Of a DNA stretch of 58,096 nucleotides, positions 10,233 through 18,492 are shown in pieces. The position numbers and the translations under genes were made by a program. The DNA is from Candidatus Nealsonbacteria bacterium (GTDB lineage: Bacteria; Patescibacteriota; Minisyncoccia; Minisyncoccales; GWA2-38-27), in contig JAUWWC010000002.1 in the NCBI GenBank assembly GCA_030617105.1, positions 1 through 58,096 of the forward strand, given 5' to 3'. Within the stretch, counting starts at the first letter, position 1. Each line of letters begins with the position of its first letter. The notes below the pieces were generated by a model, which ran no database searches, had not been told where the DNA came from, and saw nothing but the letters and a program-made list of their open reading frames with translations.

Positions 10233-10664
10233 TTAAAGAGTTAAGCTCCTTTTTAATTCTTTATGGAAATATTGAGAGAATTTTTTAATGTATTGTAAAT
10301 CTGTAGTATAGAAAAATCTTCTCTTGTTTTTGCTATCAACAGCAAAAAGTAGTTTTTTACCATCTATTAAAAGCATTCTTTTATAATTTTTGCTTTTTAC
10401 CAAAATACATTTATAATTATTGTCTCTTATTTTATGCCTTTTATTAAATCTTTTAAAATCAGCGACAGTTCCAAAAGCTAATCTTGTAATTCTTACTCCT
10501 TGTTTCATCTTTTTATCAAGCAAAAAAAAGTACTCTGAAGGAAGAGGACTCTCGATTTCTTCAGCTAAATCCATCGTAACTAACAGCTCTTGTTTAGCTG
10601 ATTTTACAATAGAGATTGCCTTTTGAAGAATATTCGATTGTTCTATTTCCTTAAGAGTACTCAT
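10233..10664 (-). CDS. Hypothetical protein, co-transcribed with the T-box-controlled gene
   Basis: Starts 4 nt after the stop of 10669-12117. No motif that I can name with confidence. Confidence 0.45.
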   Translation of the reverse strand: MSTLKEIEQSNILQKAISIVKSAKQELLVTMDLAEEIESPLPSEYFFLLDKKMKQGVRITRLAFGTVADFKRFNKRHKIRDNNYKCILVKSKNYKRMLLIDGKKLLFAVDSKNKRRFFYTTDLQYIKKFSQYFHKELKRSLTL

Positions 10665-10668
10665 ATTT

Positions 10669-12117
10669 TTATTTTACAAACATGAAGCGAAAAACATGAA
10701 GTCGTGGTCCACTATCGCTGGTAAGAATAAGATTTTGTGGACAAGCAGGAATTAAACGCAGCTTGATTTGTGGTATTCCATTATATCGTCCTATTCTTGT
10801 GTTAAGTATACGCCACGAATGTAGAGAACGACGGAAAATAGGAACTATCTCAAAATCAATATCTGCATTTATTATATCAGAATTAACACCATACCCACAA
10901 AGCAACTTTTCCAATCGATGCCATATCTTAAATACTGCATCATCGTTTTTAGGCATAGAACGAATAATATCTAAAAACTGATGATGATATTTAGATGGCA
11001 CCGTTACCTCTTGAAGTCCGGTAATATTCTGACATATCCTTTGAAAAAAGGGGTTTGGGTAAAATGTAAGCTCTTTGCTACAATGCTTATCAAAAACAAT
11101 TTTTGATTGTCCATCTTGATAATCAACATTCAAAAGAATCACTTTTTGACCAATAGGAATTCTATCGACCTGAGAAATAGAATATATATTTAATTCTACT
11201 CCGTGCCGACTTAATCCCTTTTTTAGGCTTTCCATCTCCATAAGCTCAAGAATATCTTCTTGGTTTTCTAATACTTGGTTGCGAGTAACTATCGCTATTT
11301 GTTTGCTATTAATATTGTCAACTAATACTCTACAAACAACCTTTTGAAGCGAACCAACTATTTTCTGAACTAATGGAAGAATTTTAGAAAAAGGGCTGTG
11401 AATTTCGTTCAAAAACATTCCTACGTCTGGACAATTAATTTGCTCAACTGTCACTGTTCCATCTGAAAGAATGAAAACGTCTGCCTGACAGTAAAGTAAA
11501 TTGTCTACTTGACAACATCCAGAATATTTTTTTTCCTCTTCGCTTGCTCTTTTAATAACGTCCTGAAGCAAAACATTTACTAAATTGCTTACACGTTTGA
11601 TTAAATCTTGACCAAAAACAATTTCCTTGTTCGGAAGTGCCGGTCTAATCAAAAAGAAAGGTGCTCGTCCTTTGTCTGCTCTTCTTGTGGATCCGATTCG
11701 CTGAAGCATCTCATCAACCTTTCTAAGATTAAATGCATTGAACTCTCTTTGAACCGATTCAACTATTTTTTGATCAGACAAATAGTAAGCTTCTGGAATA
11801 GCCAATCCTTCTTCTTTACAAATCTTTCTCACTGATAAGTCAGTGTTAGAATGATTCGGGTTTATATAAAATGGAAGAAAATTACCAGCCATTCCTTGAT
11901 CCGTTTTAAGAACAGGGCGATAGAAACCAACGCCTCTCATCATTTGTTTCAAATACGTGATATCGCTTGGAAAAAATGCCTCCAATAATTCTATCATGGG
12001 TTTTTTGCGAAGTTTCTTAAGCTCCGTATTTAATTCAACAACATCGTTTGTAACGTAAAGATGGTTTAAACCAACGCTCGCTGACTTAATCCTACCGCCA
12101 ATAGGCACTAATCTCAT
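10669..12117 (-). CDS. Hypothetical protein, possible ATP-grasp-superfamily amide ligase (glutathionylspermidine-synthase-like / circularly permuted type, tentative)
   Basis: ADVFILSDGTVTVEQINCPDVGMF resembles the Mg/ATP-binding strand-loop (..D...dG....E.N..P.) of ATP-grasp ligases. There is a strong SD (GAAGGGAG) 7 nt before the ATG. A T-box leader lies directly upstream. Confidence 0.35.
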   Translation of the reverse strand: MRLVPIGGRIKSASVGLNHLYVTNDVVELNTELKKLRKKPMIELLEAFFPSDITYLKQMMRGVGFYRPVLKTDQGMAGNFLPFYINPNHSNTDLSVRKICKEEGLAIPEAYYLSDQKIVESVQREFNAFNLRKVDEMLQRIGSTRRADKGRAPFFLIRPALPNKEIVFGQDLIKRVSNLVNVLLQDVIKRASEEEKKYSGCCQVDNLLYCQADVFILSDGTVTVEQINCPDVGMFLNEIHSPFSKILPLVQKIVGSLQKVVCRVLVDNINSKQIAIVTRNQVLENQEDILELMEMESLKKGLSRHGVELNIYSISQVDRIPIGQKVILLNVDYQDGQSKIVFDKHCSKELTFYPNPFFQRICQNITGLQEVTVPSKYHHQFLDIIRSMPKNDDAVFKIWHRLEKLLCGYGVNSDIINADIDFEIVPIFRRSLHSWRILNTRIGRYNGIPQIKLRLIPACPQNLILTSDSGPRLHVFRFMFVK

Positions 12118-12180
12118 TTTAAATCTCCCTTCATGTCTATATTTTGTTAATGTACTTTTCTAAAGAACAATTAAGAAGTA

Positions 12181-12416
12181 ATAAAAAACTTCTCATCTCT
12201 GGTATCTACTTAAAGTAAATAACAGGGACGAGAAGTTTCCCGCGGTGCCACCTTGATTTCCCGCCAAGGCGGGACTACTCACTGACTCAATTAAGAAGCA
12301 GTTATCCTCTGGTTACGGAGGAAGCCGGGCTTCCACTATTGCAGAAGCCATCTCCTCGGGCCCAACCTCTCGTTAAACGAGAGACCCGATTCATAGATTT
12401 TAGTAATTTTCAAAGA
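12181..12416 (-). promoter_or_regulatory. T-box riboswitch leader (tRNA-sensing transcription attenuator)
   Basis: Minus strand, in order: Stem-I-like hairpin GGCUUC-UGCAAUAGUG-GAAGCC (12349-12328); GUAACC; Stem III CCCGCC-UUG-GCGGG (12273-12260); T-box sequence AAAUCAAGGUGGCACCGCGGG (12259-12239); terminator arms AACUUCUCGUCCCUG (12237-12223) and CCAGAGAUGAGAAGUU (12202-12187); then UUUUUU. Confidence 0.8.
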
Positions 12417-12423
12417 TATTTCA

Positions 12424-12452
12424 ATAATAGCAAACCCAACAAGCTTGTCAAC
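12424..12452 (-). promoter_or_regulatory. Sigma70-like promoter of the T-box leader (TTGACA-N17-TATTAT)
   Basis: Consensus -35 at 12452-12447 and -10 at 12429-12424 on the minus strand, immediately after the receiver gene stop. Confidence 0.6.
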
Positions 12453-12460
12453 CCTTCAGG

Positions 12461-12850
12461 TCAAGCCCCCAACTTCTTTTTAACTAATTCAGCCAAGTTG
12501 CTGGGAGTATATTTTGTCTTAAGAAGATATCTTTCAGCTTTAAGAAGAAGTCCTTTTTCTTTTAATTGTTCATCTGTATAATTGGTCAGGATAAAAACAG
12601 GTATATCTTTTGTCTTCTCATGCTTTCTAATCTCTTTTAAAACGTCAACACCATTTATATCTGGAAGAAGAAGATCAAGCAAAACCAAATCTGGCTTCAT
12701 TGCTTCCCCCCTTTCTACTTCTTGCATTCTTCTAATTGCCTCTTGACCCAAAAGGATAGGGTCAACATCAAAGCCAGCTTGTTCCAAAGCTGTCTTGTAA
12801 ACATCAATAGTTGGTAAATCATCTTCAACAAATAGAATCGTTTTCTTCAT
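12461..12850 (-). CDS. Stand-alone response regulator receiver (CheY-like), orphaned
   Basis: VEDD, DLVLLDLLLPD, ILTN..K. Paralog of 2693-3061. Only a kinase fragment lies upstream. Confidence 0.85.
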   Translation of the reverse strand: MKKTILFVEDDLPTIDVYKTALEQAGFDVDPILLGQEAIRRMQEVERGEAMKPDLVLLDLLLPDINGVDVLKEIRKHEKTKDIPVFILTNYTDEQLKEKGLLLKAERYLLKTKYTPSNLAELVKKKLGA

Positions 12851-12875
12851 ACTAGTTTAGTTTAGTAAATTTTAA

Positions 12876-13037
12876 TCAAATTGGCAACTCAATAAAGAAT
12901 GCGCTGCCTTTGCCCTCTCCTTCTGACTCTGCCCAGATTTCACCATGATGAGCTCTAATAATATGACCAGTTATATATACTCCTATGCCTCTTCCAAACC
13001 CATGAACCTTTTTTGCTGTTTTTTTTGTTAGAGAAAA
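12876..13037 (-). pseudogene. 3'-terminal fragment of a sensor histidine kinase gene (HATPase_c G2 box to stop only)
   Basis: The open frame with no start codon reads ..AKKVHGFGRGIGVYITGHIIRAHHGEIWAESEGEGKGSAFFIELPI*. This aligns with the C-terminus of the intact kinase at 16464-17600 (..AKRIHGAGKGIGLYITGHIIKAHNGRIWAESEGEDKGSTFFIELPVG*). The DNA shares a 26-nt identical block. Confidence 0.8.
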
Positions 13038-13099
13038 TTATTGAAAAATTATAATTTCTTTGCTATGCTATAATTAAACAGTTTAGAATTATAAAATCT

Positions 13100-13522
13100 A
13101 TGAAGTGTATATTCTGTAAAATTGTAAAAAAAGAATTGCCCTGTTCAAAGGTTTACGAAGACAAAGACTTTCTCGCCCTTATGGATATAAAACCTATTAA
13201 TAAGGGACATGTTTTAGTTATCCCTAAAAAACACTCTGAATTGATTTCTGAAATGAATAAAACTGATATAAGCAAAATGATGGTAGTGGCTGAAAAAATC
13301 AGCTCGGCAATTAGAAAATCGAGGATAAGATGCAGAGGAATTAATTTTTTCTTAGCTGATGGAAGGACGGCCGGACAAGAAGTTCTTCATGTCCATTTGC
13401 ACGTCATTCCACGATTTTTGAACGATGGATTCGGGTTTAAGTTTCCGGATAATTACGGGGACAAACCTTCAAAAAAAGAGTTAGAACGCTTGGCTGAAAA
13501 AATTAAACGAGGATTAGACTAA
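13100..13522 (+). CDS. HIT (histidine triad) family nucleotide hydrolase/transferase
   Basis: CIFCKI, NKGHVLVIPK, and the histidine triad HVHLHVIPR. Confidence 0.9.
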   Translation: MKCIFCKIVKKELPCSKVYEDKDFLALMDIKPINKGHVLVIPKKHSELISEMNKTDISKMMVVAEKISSAIRKSRIRCRGINFFLADGRTAGQEVLHVHLHVIPRFLNDGFGFKFPDNYGDKPSKKELERLAEKIKRGLD

Positions 13523-13575
13523 AATTATATAAGCAAACAAACCCCGATGCCTAATATCGAGAGTTTAATGCCTGC

Positions 13576-13602
13576 CACCCTTGACAGAGAAGGGTGTTTT
13601 TT
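13576..13602 (+). terminator. Intrinsic terminator after the HIT gene
   Basis: CACCCTT-gacagag-AAGGGTG followed by TTTTTT. Confidence 0.75.
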
Positions 13603-13669
13603 GTTATATTATCATAGTGCGTCGAGAATGTTTCTCGGCTTTGAAAATTGAATATAGAAAGGAGAAAAA

Positions 13670-15022
13670 ATGTTTAAGAGTACAAAGGCAAGCTATGTTG
13701 GTTTTAAAGACATATTTGGCTATGAAGCAAGACTGCGCGAATTTATAACAGCTAAGATATCCGAAGTTTTTCAGCTTTGGGGATATGACAAAATCGAGCT
13801 TTCTGTTATTGAAAGCATGGATAGTTTCAATGAAAGAATAGTGGGTGGATCGCCGTGGCCCGAATGGAACCAAAAATGTTCCTTCCAAATAGACATTCTC
13901 GATTATGTAGACACGTATAACAGTAAACCTATGTCTAATCGGGCTCTGCTAGTGCCAGAAGGAACTATATCAATATCCCGCTGGTTGGCCAGCCAGATTG
14001 ACATAGGACAAGACTTGCAGGCTGGTTTTCCACTTAAGGTCTACTATGTAGTTAATTGTTTTCGCAATGAGCTTATAACAAACCTATCGGCAACCAAGAC
14101 CAGAAACTTCACACAGATAGGTACAGAAATTATTGGCACTTCGAACCATTATGCGAATCTCGAAACCATTATGTTAGTAACGAACGGACTGGAAACCCTT
14201 GGTGTGCCAAAGAATCATATTAAGATTCGGCTAAGCGATATTCGCATTTTTAATCATCTTTGTAAAAAATGTAAGATTCCCTACCAGGAAAGTATTATTC
14301 TTAAAGAGATATTTGATAGTATTGCCGAGTCACGTGCAAACAACGACGCTAAGCAACTGATCAACAGGCTTGCTAAGGCTAATAAGATTCTATCGGAGCA
14401 TGTGACAGACGTAAAGACTCAAAGTCAATGGGATTTCTGTCTTGCTGGAACCAAACAGTCAATAAATGATGAGGAAGCAATGTTTTTAGAGTGCTCAGAA
14501 ACAGTAAGTGATCTTAATTCTATTGTGAATGAACTCGGTAAACTAAACATTCCAGGGGTAATCGATCTCGCCGTGGTAAGAAGTCATGAATACTACACAG
14601 GCATCGTGTTCGAGATTGACGTCACGGTCGATGACCAGATTATAGTTGAAATTGCAGGTGGAGGCCGCTACAACAAACTTATTAGTAGATTATCCAAGAA
14701 AAATATTGAGGTTCCAGCCGTTGGATTTGCTTTCGGCTTGGAAAGAATTTGCCGTTTGGCGGAGAACTTACAGAAATCTACTAGCTTAGAAACTCGTTTT
14801 TGGCTCGATGAATCTCCAGTAGATATCGTCCTTTATGGCCATAAACCAGCACATCAACTGATTAAGTTAGCGCAACAACTGCGCAAAAACCATAAAAGAG
14901 TCGACATCTACGCGGGCGATAAACCTACCAGCCAAGAAATTAACATCTACGCAGTAAAGAAAAACGCAAAATTAATCCATATAAGAAATGAAAAACAAAC
15001 AACGAAAGGAGATACAATATGA
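13670..15022 (+). CDS. Divergent histidyl-tRNA synthetase-like class II aaRS paralog (HisS/HisZ family) with an anticodon-binding-like C-terminal domain
   Basis: LVPEGT, motif-2-like YYVVNCFRNE...TRNFTQIGTEIIG, HisA-like VVRSHEYYTG, HisB AGGGRYNKL, and FAFGLERI. Strong SD (AAAGGAG). Overlaps the radical SAM gene by 4 nt. Confidence 0.7.
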   Translation: MFKSTKASYVGFKDIFGYEARLREFITAKISEVFQLWGYDKIELSVIESMDSFNERIVGGSPWPEWNQKCSFQIDILDYVDTYNSKPMSNRALLVPEGTISISRWLASQIDIGQDLQAGFPLKVYYVVNCFRNELITNLSATKTRNFTQIGTEIIGTSNHYANLETIMLVTNGLETLGVPKNHIKIRLSDIRIFNHLCKKCKIPYQESIILKEIFDSIAESRANNDAKQLINRLAKANKILSEHVTDVKTQSQWDFCLAGTKQSINDEEAMFLECSETVSDLNSIVNELGKLNIPGVIDLAVVRSHEYYTGIVFEIDVTVDDQIIVEIAGGGRYNKLISRLSKKNIEVPAVGFAFGLERICRLAENLQKSTSLETRFWLDESPVDIVLYGHKPAHQLIKLAQQLRKNHKRVDIYAGDKPTSQEINIYAVKKNAKLIHIRNEKQTTKGDTI

Positions 15023-16449
15023 GCATTCCAAGTGTTTTATTGGTAAATCCACCAATGCTTTTAGAAAAGCCCGACTTCGGTCAGGCGGGCGCCTTATTTT
15101 CGCCAGAAAACCTAAAGATGGCCGCCATCAATCCTGGTTTACTCTCTATTGCTACCTACCTAGACGACAAAGGGATTCCGGTTGTTATCTGTGACCTTTC
15201 AATAACAGAAGATTTTAATGTTCTTCGTCAAATGATAGAAGACATTAAACCAGACGTCATCGGCGTCAGTTCCATGAGTGCTTTTGATTACATCGAGACG
15301 CTTAACTGTCTTAAAATTGCGCTCGAAGAAAGACCGCAAGCTTTGAGAGTAGCTGGCGGCCAACACATAGGAATGTTAGGCACTTCTGCTTTTGTCGATT
15401 CGCCTGAATTACAGGTTCTTGCAAAAGATGAAGGCGAAAAGGCGATGGAAAATATTGTCTCACACATTCAAGATAACCAACCGCTATCTGATATCGCTGG
15501 CATTATAGTCAGAGATGGTACAGAAATACATGACAACTCTGGTATCTCTGAATTAATGATCTTAGACAATATCCCTCCGCTTAAATACGAACTCTATCCT
15601 GAGTTCCGGCAATTTACGCCTTTCGTTGAAGAAAGTCGTGGTTGTCCGGCACGATGTGAGTATTGTACCAGTGTCAGAATGAATCATGGTAAAATCCGCT
15701 ATAAAACTACCGAACACTTTGAGGTTGAAATCAACCGCGCTATAGATCTTTGGGGCAAAGATCATATCTTTGCTATCCTGGCAGCGAGTTTTGGTATGAG
15801 ATCAAAGCCAACTCTTGAACTAGCGAAAGTGTTTAGTCGAACGAATGTGAGATGGACGACAGAATTTCGAGCCGATTGCAATTGGGAAGTTTATCTTGAC
15901 CAGCTATATGAAGCAGGACTTGTTGTCGTTAACGTAGGTATGGAATCGGCTAGTCCCGAGATCCTAATTAACATGAACAAAACTAAGAATCCGAAACATT
16001 ATCTTGCTAAAACGCGCGAACTGGTAAAACGAATTTCTCGAATGCCGAAGTTAGCACTCCGCATTAACGTAATTTTCTATGTCGGCGAAACACCAAAAAC
16101 AATAAAAGAAACGATATCTTTTCTGGTGGAAAATATATATGGAATCGACTCCATTCTTTATTCGCCGGTGTTTGTGACACCTGGTTCGGACTTGGAAAAA
16201 AACTTCCGTAGGTATGAAAAAAAGTACGGAGCACGGCTTATTTCTTCGCCTTATTGGGACCAAAGACGCCTGAAACTCTGTCAGCCATCCAAGTACTTCA
16301 GCTTTGAAGAAAGTGTTTATGTAAGTAACGCTCTCGAGAAAGTCTTTAGTACGCCCGAAGGATGGTTTGCCTCAGAGGCATACCATTATCGCCAAGATCA
16401 TAAAGAGCTTAAACAAACCTTGATTAGTGGCAGATATTCGGGCTCGTAA
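15019..16449 (+). CDS. B12-binding-domain radical SAM protein
   Basis: N-terminal Rossmann-like domain (VVICDL...PDVIGVSSMS) and radical SAM cluster motif CPARCEYC (CxxxCxxC). The ATGA overlap with the upstream gene indicates translational coupling. Confidence 0.85.
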   Translation: MSIPSVLLVNPPMLLEKPDFGQAGALFSPENLKMAAINPGLLSIATYLDDKGIPVVICDLSITEDFNVLRQMIEDIKPDVIGVSSMSAFDYIETLNCLKIALEERPQALRVAGGQHIGMLGTSAFVDSPELQVLAKDEGEKAMENIVSHIQDNQPLSDIAGIIVRDGTEIHDNSGISELMILDNIPPLKYELYPEFRQFTPFVEESRGCPARCEYCTSVRMNHGKIRYKTTEHFEVEINRAIDLWGKDHIFAILAASFGMRSKPTLELAKVFSRTNVRWTTEFRADCNWEVYLDQLYEAGLVVVNVGMESASPEILINMNKTKNPKHYLAKTRELVKRISRMPKLALRINVIFYVGETPKTIKETISFLVENIYGIDSILYSPVFVTPGSDLEKNFRRYEKKYGARLISSPYWDQRRLKLCQPSKYFSFEESVYVSNALEKVFSTPEGWFASEAYHYRQDHKELKQTLISGRYSGS

Positions 16450-16463
16450 AACCTAACATAAAA

Positions 16464-17600
16464 TTATCCAACCGGCAACTCAATAAAGAACGTGCTTCCT
16501 TTATCCTCTCCTTCTGACTCTGCCCAGATTCTACCATTATGGGCTTTGATAATATGACCAGTAATATATAGACCTATGCCTTTGCCTGCTCCATGAATTC
16601 TTTTTGCCTCTTTACCTCTTTCAAAAGTCCTATCAAATAGGGTTTTTATTTGTTCTTTAGGAATACCTGTTCCAGTGTCTTTAACTGCAATTTGAATATT
16701 AGAATCACTAACATTTACTTTTATACTTATTCCTCCTTCACGAGTATATTTTATTCCATTATCAATAATATTAAATAAAGCAACTTTTAGTTTTTCAGGG
16801 TCTGCCTTAATCTTTGGTATCTTTCCTAATTTTTCTAATTTAAGATAAAGGCCTCTGGCTTTAACTTCAAATTGAAGCTCCTCTATTATTTCTTTTAAGA
16901 CAGGCTCAACTTGAACATTTGGTTGGAGAGTAACCACTTCTTTGCCTAATTGAAATTGGGTGATATCTAAAAATTCATTAACTACTTTTATTAATCTTTG
17001 GGTTGAGGTTTGGAACTTTAAAAGAGTTGTTTTAATCTTTGGAGAAAATTTCCCATAAGTGCCGCCAAAAAGCAAATCCAAATACCCAATCATTGACGTC
17101 AGCGGCGTCCTCAAATGATGCTGGGTCGCCATAATAAACTGATTCTTCGCTTCATCTAATCTTTTCAATTCTTTATGAGCCCTCTTTTCCACCTCATAGG
17201 CCTTTTTAATCTCCTTTGTCTGCTCATCGACTTTCTCTTCAAGTTTCTCATTCAATTCTTCTAAGGCCTCTTTGGCTTTTCTTTGAGCAAAATTAGCTTT
17301 GATAATCTTCTCCGTGCTCTTGTTAAAAAAGTAACCATAAGTAATGACTAAAACAAAAATAGAGATAATTACTAATTTTGAAATCTCCCCTTCAATTAAA
17401 AAAGAGAGAGTGAGAAGAAAAAGGATTAAAACCAAACTGATTATTAGATACTGAAAAAACAAGCAATTGTGGAATTTCAATTCACAATACTGACAACGTT
17501 TAGCCGGGGAATAATTAAGACTTTTGACTAACCAGCAATTTTTATTAATATATTCAGGCTTTCCTATTTTTTCTTTTTGAAATTTTTCGTTTTTTTCCAT
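16464..17600 (-). CDS. Sensor histidine kinase (Cys-rich N-terminus, 2 TM helices, coiled coil, HisKA, HATPase_c)
   Basis: H-box MATQHHLRTPLTSM, N-box NIIDNGIKYT, G-boxes DTGTGI and GKGIGL. No receiver gene lies downstream. Confidence 0.9.
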   Translation of the reverse strand: MEKNEKFQKEKIGKPEYINKNCWLVKSLNYSPAKRCQYCELKFHNCLFFQYLIISLVLILFLLTLSFLIEGEISKLVIISIFVLVITYGYFFNKSTEKIIKANFAQRKAKEALEELNEKLEEKVDEQTKEIKKAYEVEKRAHKELKRLDEAKNQFIMATQHHLRTPLTSMIGYLDLLFGGTYGKFSPKIKTTLLKFQTSTQRLIKVVNEFLDITQFQLGKEVVTLQPNVQVEPVLKEIIEELQFEVKARGLYLKLEKLGKIPKIKADPEKLKVALFNIIDNGIKYTREGGISIKVNVSDSNIQIAVKDTGTGIPKEQIKTLFDRTFERGKEAKRIHGAGKGIGLYITGHIIKAHNGRIWAESEGEDKGSTFFIELPVG

Positions 17601-17603
17601 TTT

Positions 17604-18026
17604 TTATTTCTTAAAAATCTTTTTGAAAAAAGCATAAATCAAAGAGGCAGCGCAGATACCAGCAATTCCGGCCAAAAGCATAAGGAACGAGGTCAGTAAA
17701 ACCGAAATCCAGGCCAGGCTTTCTAACTTAAAATACAAAAGCAAAAAACCAAGAAAAAGAAAACCTCCTCCCATACCACAGGCAAAACCAAGTTCTCCGG
17801 AATCTCTTTTGAGCGGCTCTGACTTGTCTTTCAGAAATCCTCTCAGAATTAAAGAATAAAATTGATAAAAAAGATTATATTTGATCGAAACAGCTCCAAT
17901 GACCATCAATATGCTGGTTATTAATACCAACCAGGAATTATGAAGTAAAAAGGCAATCAAGGCTAAAATTCCATAAATGGCTCTGGAAAATCTCAAAGAG
18001 TTATTATAAATTAGGCATTGTTGCAT
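17604..18026 (-). CDS. Polytopic membrane protein (DUF4395-like, tentative)
   Basis: Four hydrophobic helices in 140 aa. The family assignment is from memory of the general pattern only. Confidence 0.4.
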   Translation of the reverse strand: MQQCLIYNNSLRFSRAIYGILALIAFLLHNSWLVLITSILMVIGAVSIKYNLFYQFYSLILRGFLKDKSEPLKRDSGELGFACGMGGGFLFLGFLLLYFKLESLAWISVLLTSFLMLLAGIAGICAASLIYAFFKKIFKK

Positions 18027-18059
18027 AAAAGTATTAAAATTAGATTTTAAAACGCCTTT

Positions 18060-18491
18060 CTATTTACTTGTATTCATCTTTGTTTCATACAAAATGGCAT
18101 CTGATTCCATTTGATTTACCATTTCCCAAAGGTTATTTGTGCGGATAGGCGAGAAATTTTCCCTCAACCCTATTTTATCAATAAAATACAGATCAGCATT
18201 TTTAATGTCTTCTGGTTTCTGGCCAGACAAAACTCTTATTAACAAAGCAATAATCCCTCTTATTATAACAGATCTGCTATCGATATCATAAAAGACTTTC
18301 CCGTCTTTAAGTGCGGAATGAAACCATGTCTTTACTTGGCAACCCTTGATAAGATTGTCTTCTGTTTTATGTTTTGAATCAATTGGAGGCAAATCTTTTC
18401 CTAATTTAATCAGATAATTATATTTATCCATCCAGTTGTCAAAAATTTTGAATTCCTTAATAATTTCTTCCTGTATTTCTTGTATAGTCAT
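18060..18491 (-). CDS. sufE: SufE-like cysteine desulfuration protein
   Basis: The conserved Cys context LIKGCQVKTWF matches the SufE family. Sits immediately downstream of sufS. Confidence 0.8.
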   Translation of the reverse strand: MTIQEIQEEIIKEFKIFDNWMDKYNYLIKLGKDLPPIDSKHKTEDNLIKGCQVKTWFHSALKDGKVFYDIDSRSVIIRGIIALLIRVLSGQKPEDIKNADLYFIDKIGLRENFSPIRTNNLWEMVNQMESDAILYETKMNTSK

Positions 18492-18492
18492 T

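Noticed and set aside
12114-12134. Six-codon uORF (ATG AAG GGA GAT TTA AAA TGA) overlapping the start of the T-box-regulated gene.
   Set aside because: It consists of the SD region itself. There is no independent RBS and the T-box mechanism has no need for it, so it is most likely coincidental.
12311-12349. The plus-strand sequence GGTTACGGAGGAAGCCGGGCTTCCACTATTGCAGAAGCC looks like the conserved GGAGGAAAGUCCGGGCUCC...GCAG region of bacterial RNase P RNA.
   Set aside because: It is the antisense of the T-box Stem I region. Only ~100 nt remain before it runs into the receiver gene. None of the other RNase P conserved regions (e.g. the P4 3' strand) are present nearby.
10233-16463. Whether the accessory-looking region is a mobile element or prophage.
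   Set aside because: No integrase, transposase, recombinase, phage structural gene or terminal inverted repeat is visible. The only junction signature is the duplicated kinase 3' end.
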